From the NCBI GenBank assembly GCA_030141605.1, contig JAQGDQ010000452.1:125503-189502 (forward strand): DNA of 64,000 bases, read 5' to 3'. Below are positions 39,735 to 53,315 of this stretch, in pieces. Position 1 is the stretch's first letter, and every line of letters starts with the position of its first letter. The position numbers and the translations under genes were made by a program. The notes under the pieces are model-generated. The model saw only the letters and a program-made list of their open reading frames with translations. It had not been told where the DNA came from and ran no database searches. Origin of the DNA: Tubiluchus corallicola (Eukaryota > Animalia > Priapulida).

Positions 39735-40133
39735 CAGGGATGTATTAACCAATAGGCTAACTAGGCTATAGCCTAGGGCGCCAAAGTTTGTGGGCGTCAC
39801 ATTATAGAAAAAATTCTTTTCCTCCTCGGAAAATGTGTATACTTTCATATTCATGTAAAGGGCGCATTTTATAACACACCACAAGCTGTTTCTGAAGGCA
39901 GCTTTTATATAATTACTACATAACGAGCAGATGCAAGGTATTACACAACAAGCAGTTACGCAGCCTGCTTGAATATGCAAATACATGTAATTAAGTAGAA
40001 ACTAGGTTATAGTGTTTCTAATACACCACAAATAATTGTTTGTTCAGCTCATTACATAACCATGAATTCACAATAGATTTGGGCGGAACAGAACTATCAG
40101 CCCAGGGCATCGTAAAGTCTTGATATGCCCTTG
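39735..40133 (+). mobile_element. hAT-like MITE, copy 1
   Basis: cagggatgtattaa ... ttgatatgcccttg; TSD tccttcgc/tgcttcgc; homologous to 43956-44370. Confidence 0.8.
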
Positions 40134-41038
40134 TGCTTCGCTGGTGATGAGAAAATGCTGACACAAAACTTTTATTGTATTTGTACCCCTATAGTTCCAG
40201 ACCTTCAAAGAACAACCAACCGTGCTAACAATCCTAGATTACTACTGTGATGTTGTTACCTTTTTTGACTTTCACAACAGCAAAGCCATAAACCTTCGTC
40301 TTGTATTTGATCAGTTTTGTGAGATTCGTTGAATAGACAGTTCTTGACATGCCATTGACAGAACTATTAGTGTTTGTAAACAGTTCTGAATTATTAACAC
40401 TAAAAGGTTTGGAAAAGTGTGCTACCTAGAAGGACGGGCATGCGTCAATTGACGCTGTCATAGTTTTCATCCCTGTGCAAAAATAAAAGCAGCAGTTATC
40501 AGCCAGATTTTGTTGAAATTCAATGATACATCTGATAATTAATTGAACACAGATAAAACTGAAGCAGTTATATGGTAGAAGTGTAATGACTCGTCTACTG
40601 GCAGATTTGGCGGTGCTTCGAGAACCTGCATTGAGCCAAGCCATCTGGTAGCCTGACTGAGAGAGAGAGCTGACAGTCAAGAAAGTTTTACATTGTGATA
40701 AAATGTTGAAATGAGTAGCCTGATTTAACATTCACGTTTACTAATGTGATGTCAGTACATTGTGATGATTTACAATGCACAATATGTATTAGCATAAATT
40801 GACACAGATAGTCCTTCTAGGTAGTGGCCTATTTTTAACAAGGTTAAAGTAACTTTTCCATCCTGAAATTCTGTGCAATTGTTCTTAGCACTAAACTGGC
40901 AAAAATAATAAGAAATGGGAACATATCCTTGAGAAGTTCTAGAAATATGCACAAAATAGAAAAGCGCCCAGTCTTGCTAGTGTTAAACTTAATGAATTTT
41001 ACTGAATTTTTGCCATTGTGAAATTTTAAGCACTTTGA

Positions 41039-41194
<156 letters not shown>

Positions 41195-41984
41195 TGAACC
41201 TAGCCTTGTACTATGATGTAATAATAAAATCTAACGTATGTCCGCGATTCCTTGTTTACCCCGCAATTTATATTTTAGATTTTTCCGGCTCAAAAGCAAT
41301 TTGCAAATTTTAGCGAATAATTTTGGCAAGATTCGAATGGTTTAATAAGTAAAAAGTATGGAGAAATGTTACGCTTGCAGTTGCTGGAAGCTAGTAATTC
41401 AACATGTCATTGAAGTCAAAATCATTGTAGCTATCGCGATGGCTTGCTAGAAGAGACGGAGATACTGTAATGAAATTTGCAGCTAAAAAGGCCTGTCGCT
41501 TGTGTAAGATTTAAGCCTGTTGAAATTTCTCCAGTTTTCAAGGATAGCGTGAATAATGCATGATGCTGAAGTTCTTGCTGAAATGATGTTAGACTAGATC
41601 CATCTCAGTTGCTGCGCGTTACTTTGTCCTAAATTTTCAGTGTCAGATTCATTCGTGCAGCAATTGTGGGTGTAACTTTCAAATCGGCTTTCCTATAAAC
41701 TAAGCCACATCAAAGATAAGAACTTCTCATATTTCAATCTAGACAGATTTCTGCTGTTATTTTTAGTTTGCAAGCAAGATTTTCTTTGATATAAAGCGTT
41801 GAAAGGTGCCACATAATATTCTTTTATACCATATCTTGCTATTGTGGATGGATTATATTCTCCATATTCATTAAACATACTTGAATTCTTAAGACAAAAC
41901 TTATGTGACTATTACGTTTTATTTTCTTAGATAATTTTTGATTGAAGTCTATTGTCACATTTTATTTTGTTGTTAAACATTGTG

Positions 41985-43025
41985 TTTTCAATGTGAGTGT
42001 GTCCATCGTTAGCTTTTCAGTGTGAATGTGTCTATCACTAGCTTTTCAGTGTGAGTGTGTCCATTGCTAGCTTTTCAGTGTGAGTGTGTCCATCGCTAGC
42101 ATTTCAATATGAGTGTGTGCATCATTAGCATTTCAGTGTGAGTGTGTCCATTGTTAGCTTTTCTCTGTGAGTGTGGCCATTGTTAACTTTTCAGTGTGAG
42201 TGTGTCCATCGTTAGCTTTTCAGTGTGAGTGTGTCCATTGTTAGCTTTTCAGTGTAAGAGTGTCCATTGTTAGCTTTGCAGTGTGAGTGTGTTCATCGTT
42301 AACTTTTCAGTCTGAGATGTCCGTCATTAGCTCTTCAATGTGAGACATCCATCACTAGCTTGTCAGTGTGAGTGTGTCCATCGTTAGCTTGTCAGTGTGA
42401 GTGTGTCCATCGTTAGTTTTTCAGTGTGAGTGTGTCCATCGTTAGTTTTTCAGTGTGAGTGTGTCCGTCGTTAGTTTTTCAGTGTGAGTGTGTCCGTCGT
42501 TAGTTTTTCAGTGTGAGTGTGCATCTGTAGTTTTTCAGTGTGAGTGTGTCCGTCTGTAGTTTTTCAGTGTGCGTGTGTCCGTCGTTAGTTTTTCAGTGTG
42601 CGTGTGTCTGTCGTTAGTTTTTCAGTGTGAGTGTGTCTGTCGTTAGTTTTTCAGTGTGCGTGTGTCTGTCGTTAGTTTTTCAGTGTGCGTGTGTCTGTCG
42701 TTAGTTTTTCAGTGTGCGTGTGTCCATCGTTAGTTTTTCAGTGTGAGTGTGCATCTGTAGTTTTTCAGTGTGAGTGTGTCCGTCGTTAGTTTTTCAGTGT
42801 GAGTGTGTCCGTCGTTAGTTTTTCAGTGTGAGTGTGCAGCTGTAGTTTTTCAGTGTGAGTGTGTCTGTCGTTAGTTTTTCAGTGTGAGTGTGTCCGTCCT
42901 TAGTTTTTCAGTGTGAGTGTGCATCTGTAGTTTTTCAGTGTGAGTGTGTTTGTCGTTAGTTTTTCAGTGTGAGTGTGCATCTGTAGTTTTTCAGTGTGAG
43001 TATGGTCATTGTTAACTTTTCTGTC
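41985..43025. repeat. About 29-bp minisatellite, about 35 copies
   Basis: Unit cagtgtgagtgtgtccatcgttagttttt. Confidence 0.96.
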
Positions 43026-43955
43026 TGTGTCCTTCAATACCTTTATAGTGTAAGTGCTTCCATGAATAGGTTGTCAATGTAAGACGTCCTTGTTAGCTTT
43101 TCGTGGTCTGCTCCTGGCACAGCATCTTCCGTCATTAACTAGACAAAAGTCGGTACCTTTTACCACAAAGATGTCCTTCACGTGTGTCGAACAGTGAATA
43201 CAAATCTTACCGTTGACAAGCTTGCACTTTGTTAGGTTGAAAGCTCGCATTAGGAGAGCTTCGTTAAGCTGATTAGTCATTTGCATTGATAATAGCTAAG
43301 GAGATTGTGATTGTTTACTAGGCTGTCTCAATCCATTTTGCATTGTGAAGACGTCATTTCTTTATTTATTCCAATCTCCGAGCAGTGGTCAGGATGAGAA
43401 GAACATGTACATAATAGGATTAATTGAATGTCTAACTGAACCTTTTGACTGTTATTGCGTGTTGCACAATAGGCTGCATCAGTTTAACAATTTAATGTAC
43501 TTGTACAATATTTTTGGCTGTTTGTGCCTACAATCTGCCATTTGGGTAATATTGCATAGCGAGGAAGTTTGAATTTTTTATTACAAATTTTTAGTCATTT
43601 TTGACGTGTACATGAAAATCCGAGTGAGAAATTGTCCAATAATTACTTATTTATTAGCCAGTTAAGAATGAATTCAAGCTCTCATGGTGCTCATTAAAAT
43701 TAATATTCTGTTGCTGTGTGGCTTTCTTGCAACATCTTCCATACTTTTTTTGCTCTATACACTTTGCTATTAACAGCTGGATTTTTTGACGTTGAAATCA
43801 GGAGAATTCGTTCACTGAGCAGCTACAATTGAGATAGAGACGGTGATGTAGTTCAAGCGTTCATTTTCGTACTCCGGTAAAACAGGAGCATTATAATCCA
43901 CTGTGTTGTTTGTGGTTGCAGGTCTGATTGATTGTTGTAATCAGCTTGTTGCTGC

Positions 43956-44370
43956 CAGGGTCGTATTTTAACCATTATGCTAACTACGCTTTACCTTAGG
44001 ACGCCAACATTTTAGGCGTCCAATTTTAAATAATTCCTTGGAGAATGTGTTTCCATTCATATTCATGTAAAACAAGCATTGTTTAGCACACCACAGGCAG
44101 TTACCGAGACCCGGTTATTATATAAGTGCCATATAAGGAACAAGTACAAGGTAGTATACAATAAACAGTTGCCCAGCGCACTTATATATAAGTGCAGTTC
44201 ATGTACACGTAATTAACAATGACCATATAGAAACTAGATTAATAGTATTAGTAATACACCACAAGTAATTGTTTAATCTGTTAAGTACATGATCAGTCAT
44301 AAATTCACAATACTAGTGTGAGGGACAGATCTATCAGCCTAGGGTGTCGTGAAGTCTTGATACGCCCCTG
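43956..44370 (+). mobile_element. hAT-like MITE, copy 2; right end tandemly triplicated to about 44540
   Basis: cagggtcgtatt ... gatacgcccctg; TSD gttgctgc/attgctgc. Confidence 0.82.
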
Positions 44371-44632
44371 ATTGCTGCATCAATACTAGTGTGCGGGACA
44401 GATCTATCAGCCTAGGGGGGTCGTGAAGTCTTGATACGCCCCTGATTGCTGCATCAATACTAGTGTGCGGGACAGATCTATCAGCCTACGGGGGGTCGTG
44501 AAGTCTTGATACGCCCCTGATTGCTGCATCAATACTAGTGTGCTTTTGTCTATTACAATAACATGTTATTGAATATTTCTTTGACTTTGTATAAATCATC
44601 GCAAATTAAACTGACTTTTTTTGTTGTTCTAG

Positions 44633-44693
44633 GGATCAACAATGCGCAAAAGAAAAATGTATGAGGAATTCCTTACCAAAGTTTCCATACTGG
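44633..44693 (+). CDS. PRKAR1: PKA-RI exon (GSTMRKRKMYEEFLTKVSIL)
   Basis: gttctag|...G|gtgagt, 61 nt. Confidence 0.98.
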
Positions 44694-46109
44694 GTGAGTT
44701 GCTTTTCATAAAAACTTTTGTCATTTTCATTCGAATACACGTGCTTGCATGTGTATTTACAAGTGTCTAATTGCAGCTGTACAACTAGAACTGAATGATT
44801 ATTATGTGTACAATTTATGTTGTTTCAACTGCAGTTGTACATCAAGTCTGCCACACAAAATTAGAAAATTTTGTGTAAAGGGAAGAAAAGGCAAATTTAA
44901 AGTCGGTCAAAAAAAAGTTTCCACTCAAAGTTATGTTACTTTGCATCACTTTCCCGAAAGACTTATGTAACTAGAAAAGAAAATTTTTATTAATTAATTT
45001 GCACCAATTTGGTAAGACATCATTGACTCGCATTCCCAGCGTGCACCAGTGACTCAACAAAAACGTATTTTTAATCTTATTGAAAATATACAGTTATTTA
45101 AATTTCTGCTTAGTTAATGAAGTGTGTGCTACAAATGGTCTGACTATTTTTCAAACTTTGTGCAGTTTTATCTAAACTAGTTTCAGAAGATTTATCGCTA
45201 GAACGGTTGCGCCTGACTTTTGGGGGTGAGCATTCTCTACCAGAAAGCGAATTCGAATTGAGTTTGAAAGATTTTCGAACAAGCTTTTGAACCAGTAGTT
45301 AAATGTTGTTTTAAAAAGATTGTGCATATTACTTGATTTTGTTCCGCAGTAAACCACTATTAGTTTGTTAAAAATTTTGCACATAAACTGCATCTAAATT
45401 GTGCTAATTACATACTGTTTCAAACATTTTTAATGATAAAGAGCATACGTGGCTGAAGTGGAACTAAGAAAACTCGTTCGAGTTGAATTCGAATGTTGGA
45501 TGCTCACCCCTACTGACTGTGACTAAAAGAGGCACAGACGCGGAAGTTTGAATTTTTAAATTTTATACAGCTTTACTGCTAATGCAAGCTTTGTGCACAA
45601 TAAGACAGCATGAAAGGGGCAAAATTTCAAAGCGATTTTTTAGCTTTTTGTTAATAAAGGGTTTTCTTGTGCTTTAAGTTAAATCTCACAGATTGCAGTT
45701 TCTCTGCGATTTTGTAATGCGGGTTAATGGAACCCCATTAACATGTTCTTGTATTAGAACAAACAAAATCTTTTAAAATTAATAAACCTAGATTTTACCT
45801 ACGACTTGAGTTTCTTTCTTTTACATAAACTGATTTCCATTCTTTTACTCTAGTGCCTATTCCTTCGTCTCGCCATTTATCATTTCCAACATAACTACTT
45901 ATGCTTTCATTGCGGCAAAGGCTAGTGCACCACATACATTTCAGCAAACTTGGACCGAGATTCGTAAAAAATATTATTTGCTCTATACATCAAGATGGCA
46001 CCTACTGGTCAACTTCAGGATAGTTCACACTGGCACCACAGTGCTGTAATTATTATGAGATCAAACTTTACAATAGATCTTCCTACTTATGTACATGTTT
46101 TAATTTCAG

Positions 46110-46231
46110 AGAGTTTAGACAAGTGGGAACGATTAACCGTTGCCGATGCTTTGGAGCCATGTACGTTCCTTGACGGACAGAACGTTGTAGTTCAGGGTGA
46201 CAGAGGTGAAGACTTCTTCATTATTACAGAG
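46110..46231 (+). CDS. PRKAR1: PKA-RI exon, start of cAMP-binding domain B ([17 protein letters not shown]...FFIITE)
   Basis: atttcag|...GAG|gtaagt, 122 nt. Confidence 0.98.
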
Positions 46232-46484
46232 GTAAGTTCAACCTGACAGTCGAGGTGCGTGGCTTCATACGAGTACTAAATGTAGAGGTTTGTTTTTGAT
46301 TTTAGCAATGCCAGATGGTATTTGAATTATGTGATTTTCCATTAACATGACAAAAGAACCCATCCATCATGCTGCTCTGTTTTTTCGTGAAAGGAAGTAG
46401 TAAAGGGCTCAGAAATAATCAATTATGCTCTGTTTATTTTTCAGTTCAATATTTTATGCATTTTTGTACTGTCATTGTTTAAAT

Positions 46485-46849
46485 CAGGGGTGTGCAAATT
46501 GCGGCCCGGGGGCCACTTGCGGCCATTAACCCTTACAAGACGGTTATAGCTTGGTGTCACTGTACTACACAGACTGTGTGATACACATTACTAATATGCA
46601 TTGTAATGAAATTACCACTATCTGTCCTGAAAGTAGAAATATGTGGTTTGTAATATAAATTTTAATAACTTCTAAAATAGTTTCTTGAGTGTAGTAGTGT
46701 AGTAGTAATGATGTACGCAGGTCGGATGCAAAAAAAAATCGTTATTAGGCCTTTCTGTACTTGGCTCCTTGATCAAACTTCCTGTGGCCCGCAGGTACTG
46801 CGGGAAAGTTTAATTTGGCCCTTCTAGTCAGATAATTTGCACACCCCTG
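46485..46849. mobile_element. hAT-like MITE
   Basis: Perfect TIR caggggtgtgcaaatt / aatttgcacacccctg; TSD gtttaaat/gtttaagt. Confidence 0.9.
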
Positions 46850-46966
46850 GTTTAAGTAAATAGTGATTTTGAATAATAAAGATGCACTTTTGGACAGTAA
46901 AGAGAAGAATGAATTGGTTACGTCTTCATTGATTCGATATGATAACTAGATGTTTGGTATTTTCAG

Positions 46967-47048
46967 GGCACTGCTGTTGTGCTGCAGAGAAGAGCCGAGA
47001 ACGAGGAGCCAGTTGAAGTCGGACGTCTTGGTGTCTCTGACTACTTTG
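46967..47048 (+). CDS. PRKAR1: PKA-RI exon ([27 protein letters not shown])
   Basis: ttttcag|...G|gtaagc, 82 nt. Confidence 0.98.
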
Positions 47049-47326
47049 GTAAGCTTTGGGATTTTTTTCAAACTTTACCCAATGTTATCTAAACTTGTTT
47101 CGAGTTATCTTTAAAATGGCTGGTTGCGCTTAACGCTCACCGCGGGAGTTTAACCTTGTAAGCTTCATACAGCATTCTCGCTAATTATACAAGTTCTGTA
47201 TGCAATAGGAAAACATGGCAATGATTGTAAATTTCAAAGCAAATTATTTGAGCTTTATTTATGAAGTGGTTTCTTGTGCTTTTAATTTGTAATTTTCCTG
47301 CATTGAATGTGTGTTTCCATTTACAG

Positions 47327-47499
47327 GAGAAATAGCATTATTATTAGACAGACCACGAGCAGCAACTGTACAAGCACGCGGACTTCTGAAGTGTGTTAAA
47401 CTCGACCGTGCTAGATTCGAACGTGTCCTGGGCCCGTGTGCTGACATATTAAAGCGGAATATTGCTCAGTATAACAGTTTTGTTTCCATATCCGTGTAG
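47327..47499 (+). CDS. PRKAR1: PKA-RI last coding exon ([15 protein letters not shown]...YNSFVSISV*)
   Basis: tttacag| acceptor, domain-B phosphate-binding cassette, typical RI C-terminus, TAG stop. Confidence 0.98.
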
Positions 47500-47615
47500 A
47501 GCTTTCTCGTATACTTACTTGACACGTGTACAATGCTGCAATAGCCATGTTTAGATGATGATACTTTCACATACAGCTGTTCTCCTTTTAACTGAACCTC
47601 TTCACATTTGTTTTA

Positions 47616-48100
47616 CAATCAACCTCGGGTATAAGGTACTTGCTTATAAGGGACACTCGCTTATAAGGGACCACCAACACCGGTCCCGATTTTTCGTAAC
47701 GTTTTTCCTTATAAAAATGTTCGTATATAAGGTACTCGGATATAAGGGACTTTCGGTTGTAAGGGACGATATCTTCAGGTCCCGTGTAATAGAAACCCTG
47801 GTAAATAACCTTGCATATAAGGAACCCTATGATCAAATATATCCTAAAAAGCCTATGCCGAGACCCCGCGTGGGACCGACTGTATTCCAGCTCGTTCGAT
47901 TATGACAAAAAATAAATTAAATACGAGAAAAATCTTTAGTGTCCCCGAAATCAGTACATCCTTAATATTATTTTCTACGGGCAACTATATAAAATTAATT
48001 TTGACACCCTCGGTCTGACTCAACTTCGACTATAAGGACATCGGATATAAAGGACGGTTTTTTCCGTTCCGGAGGTGTCTGTTATATCCAAGATTGACTG
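47616..48100. mobile_element. Tc1/mariner-pogo-like MITE in the PKA-RI 3' region
   Basis: ta|caatcaacctcgggtataag ... gttatatccaagattgactg (15/20 TIR); internal tataagg sub-repeats. Confidence 0.7.
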
Positions 48101-49520
48101 TTTTAAGCATTTTCATTTGAAGTGCTAATTTCCAACGCAATGCTGGTGAAACGCCGTCAGCTTTGTCTCAAGTTTTTCTAATTTGAATGATACAAAACTC
48201 GTGTAAACGTAGCTATTGTACATAGTAGTGCTTCCTCAACCATTTTCATTTCTCCTTCAAATTTAAATTAAAATTTAACGTGTTTTTAATCTTGAAGGAA
48301 TTTTTAATCTCTTAGTAACTTGACTTTTCCCAGTCTAGCTGTAAATTTACTGTCTACTTTGTTAAATTAAATTTACCTTTTTTTCGCTTCATTTCTGTTA
48401 TATTCCTAGTCAAACTATAATCCTTCAATAAGATTTTTCAAATACTCCATTGTCACTGTATAACTTCATGCTGACAATAGAAGTGTGTGATTTTGAGTGT
48501 GATTATAATGCTTAGTTAGAATATCCCTAGCTTGATATCGTTCCCGCGATGTAAGAAGTATAGCAAGAGTTACATGTATTAAAAACTGTATAATATAATA
48601 CTATTGTGTATCTTGTATGTAATATTATGATTATGTTCTGTTTATGCAGATATCTGTTTACAGACTGGTACTGAGCGAAGTTAGTATGTTATTTTAGAGT
48701 TAGAATGTCCAATAGAAAATATTAACTTATCCCGAATTGTTATAAACTCAAGCTTCATTGGTTGTAAAAATATTATAACATAATTTTAGTGAGTTTTTTT
48801 GCTGGGGTTACTGTATCTCGAGTCTACGTGAAGTGACCGACTTCGTTTGGTCGTATAATTCTAACTTTGGTCTTCCTTTTTTTCAGTTATCCCAAACCTT
48901 TTATCTAGAGACGCCAGAAACCAGAATCACCTATTATGCCTGTTACCTCTGCCACCCTCCTCTCTTCCGTCTTGGTGCAAGCCATAGCATCTCTTTTGGC
49001 CATTTTTAATGTCCTATATTCATTTCATTTTTTGTAGTACTTAAAACTAGTATTAAATTCTGTGCTACCATAGTTCTTTTCAGTATGACTGGCCTCTTTA
49101 CCGAGTGATTCCAGCAGGCTGTTGTCTGTGTCGTACGATGTGTTCTATTAGGCAAATTTTCGCAGTAGTTATTAGCCGATAATTTTAAGTCTTGCGACAG
49201 TGTACGACTGCCAATGAACATTAATGTACAGAAATTTTTTGTCATGTATAATACTTGTGTATTTTCTGTGAGAAACTGTTCGATGTTTACGCGGCAGGCT
49301 GACAAAGCCACCCTTTAGACCTTAAAAATGAATAGTTGCGTCACCAATAGTTAAATATTTATTGAAGATATTGTCAAGTCTGAACGTATTGATATGTTGC
49401 TGTTGTTGCTTTTTACCCCATCTGTTGAGCAAATTTTCATATGTGTCGTATGCTATAATTACCTTATTATTAATGTTAATGTGTACAATATTTATAGTGG
49501 AATTCGTTTGTTCGATGTGT

Positions 49521-49526
49521 AATAAA
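49521..49526 (+). terminator. Candidate polyadenylation signal of PKA-RI
   Basis: AATAAA followed by a GT/T-rich tract about 2 kb after the stop; other AATAAA sites exist. Confidence 0.4.
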
Positions 49527-49609
49527 GTTATTTCTAAACTCTAATTGTTTCGCATGTCGTTTGCTTACTGTTGCTGTGTTCTTCCAATTTACTAAACAGC
49601 ATACGTTGC

Positions 49610-49955
49610 TATTAGGTTAGGGCTTGGGGCACTGACTGAGGTCCTGAGAATACAGTTAAAGTTGAGGTTTGTGGCACTGACTGAGCCCCTGAGAATACGG
49701 TTAAGGTTTGGGACACTGACTGAGGTACTGAGAATACGGTTGTGGTTAAGGTTTGGGGCACTGACTGAGATCCTGAGAATATAGTTAAGGTTAAGGTTTG
49801 TGGCACTGACAGAGCCCCTGAGAATACGGTCAAGGTTTGGGGCACCGACTGAGGTCCTAAGAATACGGTTAAGGTTAAGGTTTGGGGCACCGACTGAGAT
49901 CGTGAGATTACGGTTAAGGTAAAGGTTTGGGGCACTAACTGAGGTCCTGAGAACT
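49610..49955. repeat. 42-48-bp minisatellite with variable GGTTAA hexamers
   Basis: ggttaaggtttggggcactgactgaggtcctgagaatac recurring. Confidence 0.92.
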
Positions 49956-52626
49956 GAAATCATTTTGGCAGCCCGTGATTAAGCCTTGAGCAAAGTAAGC
50001 ACGTGCTTGGGGCCTCACAGGAAGCAGGGACCCCACGCAGTTTTTTCTAATCGGATAATTGCCCAAAAATAAAATACCGGAACGTGTGGCGATGTCTATG
50101 TTTTCTTCACAAAGTGGCAGTACAATGGATATCAAGATTCTGGCTACTGAGCAGCATAAGCTGACATTGATTGTATATATGTGTTATAATATATTTCAAG
50201 TGTGGGTAATGTTTATAAGAATGTTTGACACAGAAAATAGGATAGAGCCATCTCTGTATTTTAATCTAATATCATTTTTATACAAAGTAAAGTTGTTCCT
50301 CTAGCATTTACTATAAATAAATTTTACTGCATGTTTTTTTCACTTCCAAAGACAAAATTTCAATTTACAGTTTAGTGTTTGCTTTTATTCTGAATTCTTT
50401 CAGCAAATTCTTTTGTGAGATCTTAATCCGGCATTATGTTTTTCAGTAGTGGTCAGTCACATGATCACTGAGCATGCTGAAAGAACTATTTTTCTTTGCT
50501 TAATTCAATATAGCAGCCCTACATGCCCTTTGCCGTAAGTTTAGCATTGGTTCATCAGTGTAATAATTTACTATGTTTATCATAGAAGGTTTGCTAAAAA
50601 AGTTCAACTTCCTTAATTGAGTGCATTACAGCTGCCATGTCATTCAACCAGCTGTGTTAACTTTTTATGCTAATTGAAGCAAGAGCAATGTAGTGACATC
50701 TGTTATCATTGTTTACAAAGTCTATACGCTTAGACATTTTTTTTCGTAAGCATAGTGACATCTACCGTTGGTAATTAGAAGCGCCAAAGTAAATTATTAT
50801 GAACGGTTCAAAACTTCAAAGCAATTTGGTGTTGCAGTTTGTAAATTAAAAAAACAAAAAAGTCTGGTTTCTTATTTACATATTTCATATTTTGTCAACA
50901 CCACATTTTTACATAAACAGCCTACTACACTGTACACCAGATGACAAAATTAACTACATGCAGTACAAATTTATCATCGAACCTGCAGTTTTTCAATCAG
51001 TTATAAAAAAGTATTCCAATCTTCGGTTTCATTGGTTCCATACAAAAAACACGGAGGACCATGTTTCTAAGTTTAGTTGTAGGTATTAATAATTACATTT
51101 CTTGAAAAAAACAGAAAAAATTTTATTCGTCATTATTCATCATTAGCTATAGTAGTGACACCTATCGAAAAACAGAATGATTAAATAAAAACAATTGACA
51201 AAATAATAATCAGTAGCACTGCGGATTACTGTATACGATATTACAAGATTTTACTACAAAATATAGTACTCTTAATAAGGAAAATAGGACCAGTTTTAAC
51301 TACTTAGGTCTCTTTATTTTATACAAATAAAATGAATTTTGAACACGAGCACCATAATATCTAGCAGGAAGTAGAACACATTAATTAAATTACAGCAGGC
51401 TTACATATAATTTTCCACTGAAAACCTTCAGTCATGAATATATACGGTACACTAACAATGTCGTACAACGATAGCTTACAAGCTACTAAAGCACTGACAC
51501 AATGTTTGGAAAAACTTTCTTACATTTTTGCCTTACTTATTGTCTTATAATATGTTGGACGACCTATAACTAATGTGGTTCACAAAATTTCAAGCACCTG
51601 ATGTTTAGATACTAACCACAATTATTATAATACTTACTATGCCATTGTAAAAATGTACGACCAACTGTTAATTTTCTTAATAAAACATCAATTAAGAATT
51701 TTGTTTCACAACTTGTTTCAACTGTGTTAAACTTTTGCTGATTATCCACTGAGAACAATATGTTATACCACGCTCAAATAAAATCATTTAGCAACACTTT
51801 TATTCGGAACATTGCACCGTATGCGAGGTGACAAATGAAATTTCAGGTTAAGTGCACGCTGTAAGTTGCACCAGTGACCAGTGGCGAGCACAAATTCATG
51901 AGTACAAACATACAAAAATTGTAATGATTGATTCGTTGTTATTTTATTTTAGCAATTGTAACAGGCGGTAATCACTAACTTCTAGTAGCCAAGCTAATTT
52001 TGTGCAGACGCAAAGTACCGTGCACGTTCTGCCATCTATTGACGGAAATTCGAAATTCTCTGTTTTTGTTCACAGTCAATTAAAATCACTAGGAAAACAC
52101 CTCTGTTAACTTTGCCTGCCGCTGTATCAATAGACCGTATTTTCAGAAAAAGTGAATGTATTATCAGGCAATTTTTACATCTCATTTATAAACCAGCATT
52201 TCGCTTTTACACTTTACTTAACCACGAAAAGCATATCATTTGACTTTCTGGCAACTTAATTGTAATACGTTAATTATCACAACTATGATTTCATAATAAA
52301 CACGTACACTGCGCTAAGAGCCATCATACAGCATCCTGCGACACTGTCTAGCGACCATTGTCCAAGACTGGGCACTTATGTGCTTCCTTGGATGACTCTC
52401 AATGGCTATCCTAGCGAGCCAGAGAGTCTGAAATTGTGAATTTTCAGAATGAATCTCTCGTCTTTGTCACAAAAGTGTTGATACATCTAAGATTCGTTCA
52501 TTTCATAAAATCTGATTACCATCCAGCAATGAATCTCACGTGTTCCTTAGTATCAAAACTGTCTTGTCGACTCAGATTCGTTCATTTCATAACTCATAAC
52601 CTGAGAATGAATCTCATTTCCCTCTA

Positions 52627-53007
52627 TCACAACTGAGTTGGCTGTGTCTGATTCATCCAATTCATCGCAGGCGTGGCCGCCGCCGAGTACTGGTGCTGCT
52701 TGTGGTTATGGGGCCGCTTGGGACGAAATCGAGGCCCCAGAGACCGAATGCACACAATGAATGCTATTGTCAGTATCATGACAACAATTGACACAGACCC
52801 AATCCACAGACCCATGTCAATATCACCGAATCTGTTGCTGGGTCGCTTGTACTGACCCAGTAGAACGTCCTTGTAGGCGTTGATCATCAACTCCAAACCT
52901 TCCGTGTATTTTTCCTCTGTGAAAGTGTTTCTGTAGCGGTGGAATATTTCCTTAATGATTTCCTGTGTTAAGTGTCTCCTGGCTTTCTTCCCTGTCGATG
53001 TGTGAAG
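52627..53007 (-). CDS. TPM-domain (MOLO-1-like) single-pass membrane protein, last exon with transmembrane helix and cytoplasmic tail
   Basis: ttttgcag|LHTSTGKKARRHLT...YTEGLELMI...LWIGSVSIVVMILTIAFIVCI-RS...PTQL*; TGA followed by TAG. Confidence 0.85.
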   Translation of the reverse strand, partial: LHTSTGKKARRHLTQEIIKEIFHRYRNTFTEEKYTEGLELMINAYKDVLLGQYKRPSNRFGDIDMGLWIGSVSIVVMILTIAFIVCIRSLGPRFRPKRPHNHKQHQYSAAATPAMNWMNQTQPTQL

Positions 53008-53139
53008 CTGCAAAAGTGTAAAAACACCAAACTACTATTGTGATTAGAAGTAATTGTTATATATCTAGTAAATTCACCTCGCTAAGCAAAAAAGAGAAAG
53101 GCGATATAATTCATTACAATCGCTGGTATGCAATGTAAC

Positions 53140-53315
53140 TTGAGTGATGATGATCATCATCATCATGATGACAATGATCACAACGACGATGACGATGACG
53201 ATGAAATTGAAGAGGAGTTAAAGTACGTTAGGTTAGACTGCATGACTGGGTTGAATTGGATCAGATCGGATCGAATCAGATCAGATCGAATCACATACGA
53301 TTAGAATAGATTAGA
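53140..53315. repeat. Mixed simple repeats (GAT/CAT/GAC; GATCA/GATTA)
   Basis: Directly visible. Confidence 0.75.

Noticed and set aside
49592-49963. Repeat ORFs and telomere-like GGTTAA runs
   Set aside because: Ordinary minisatellite; the hexamer runs are too short and irregular for an interstitial telomere.
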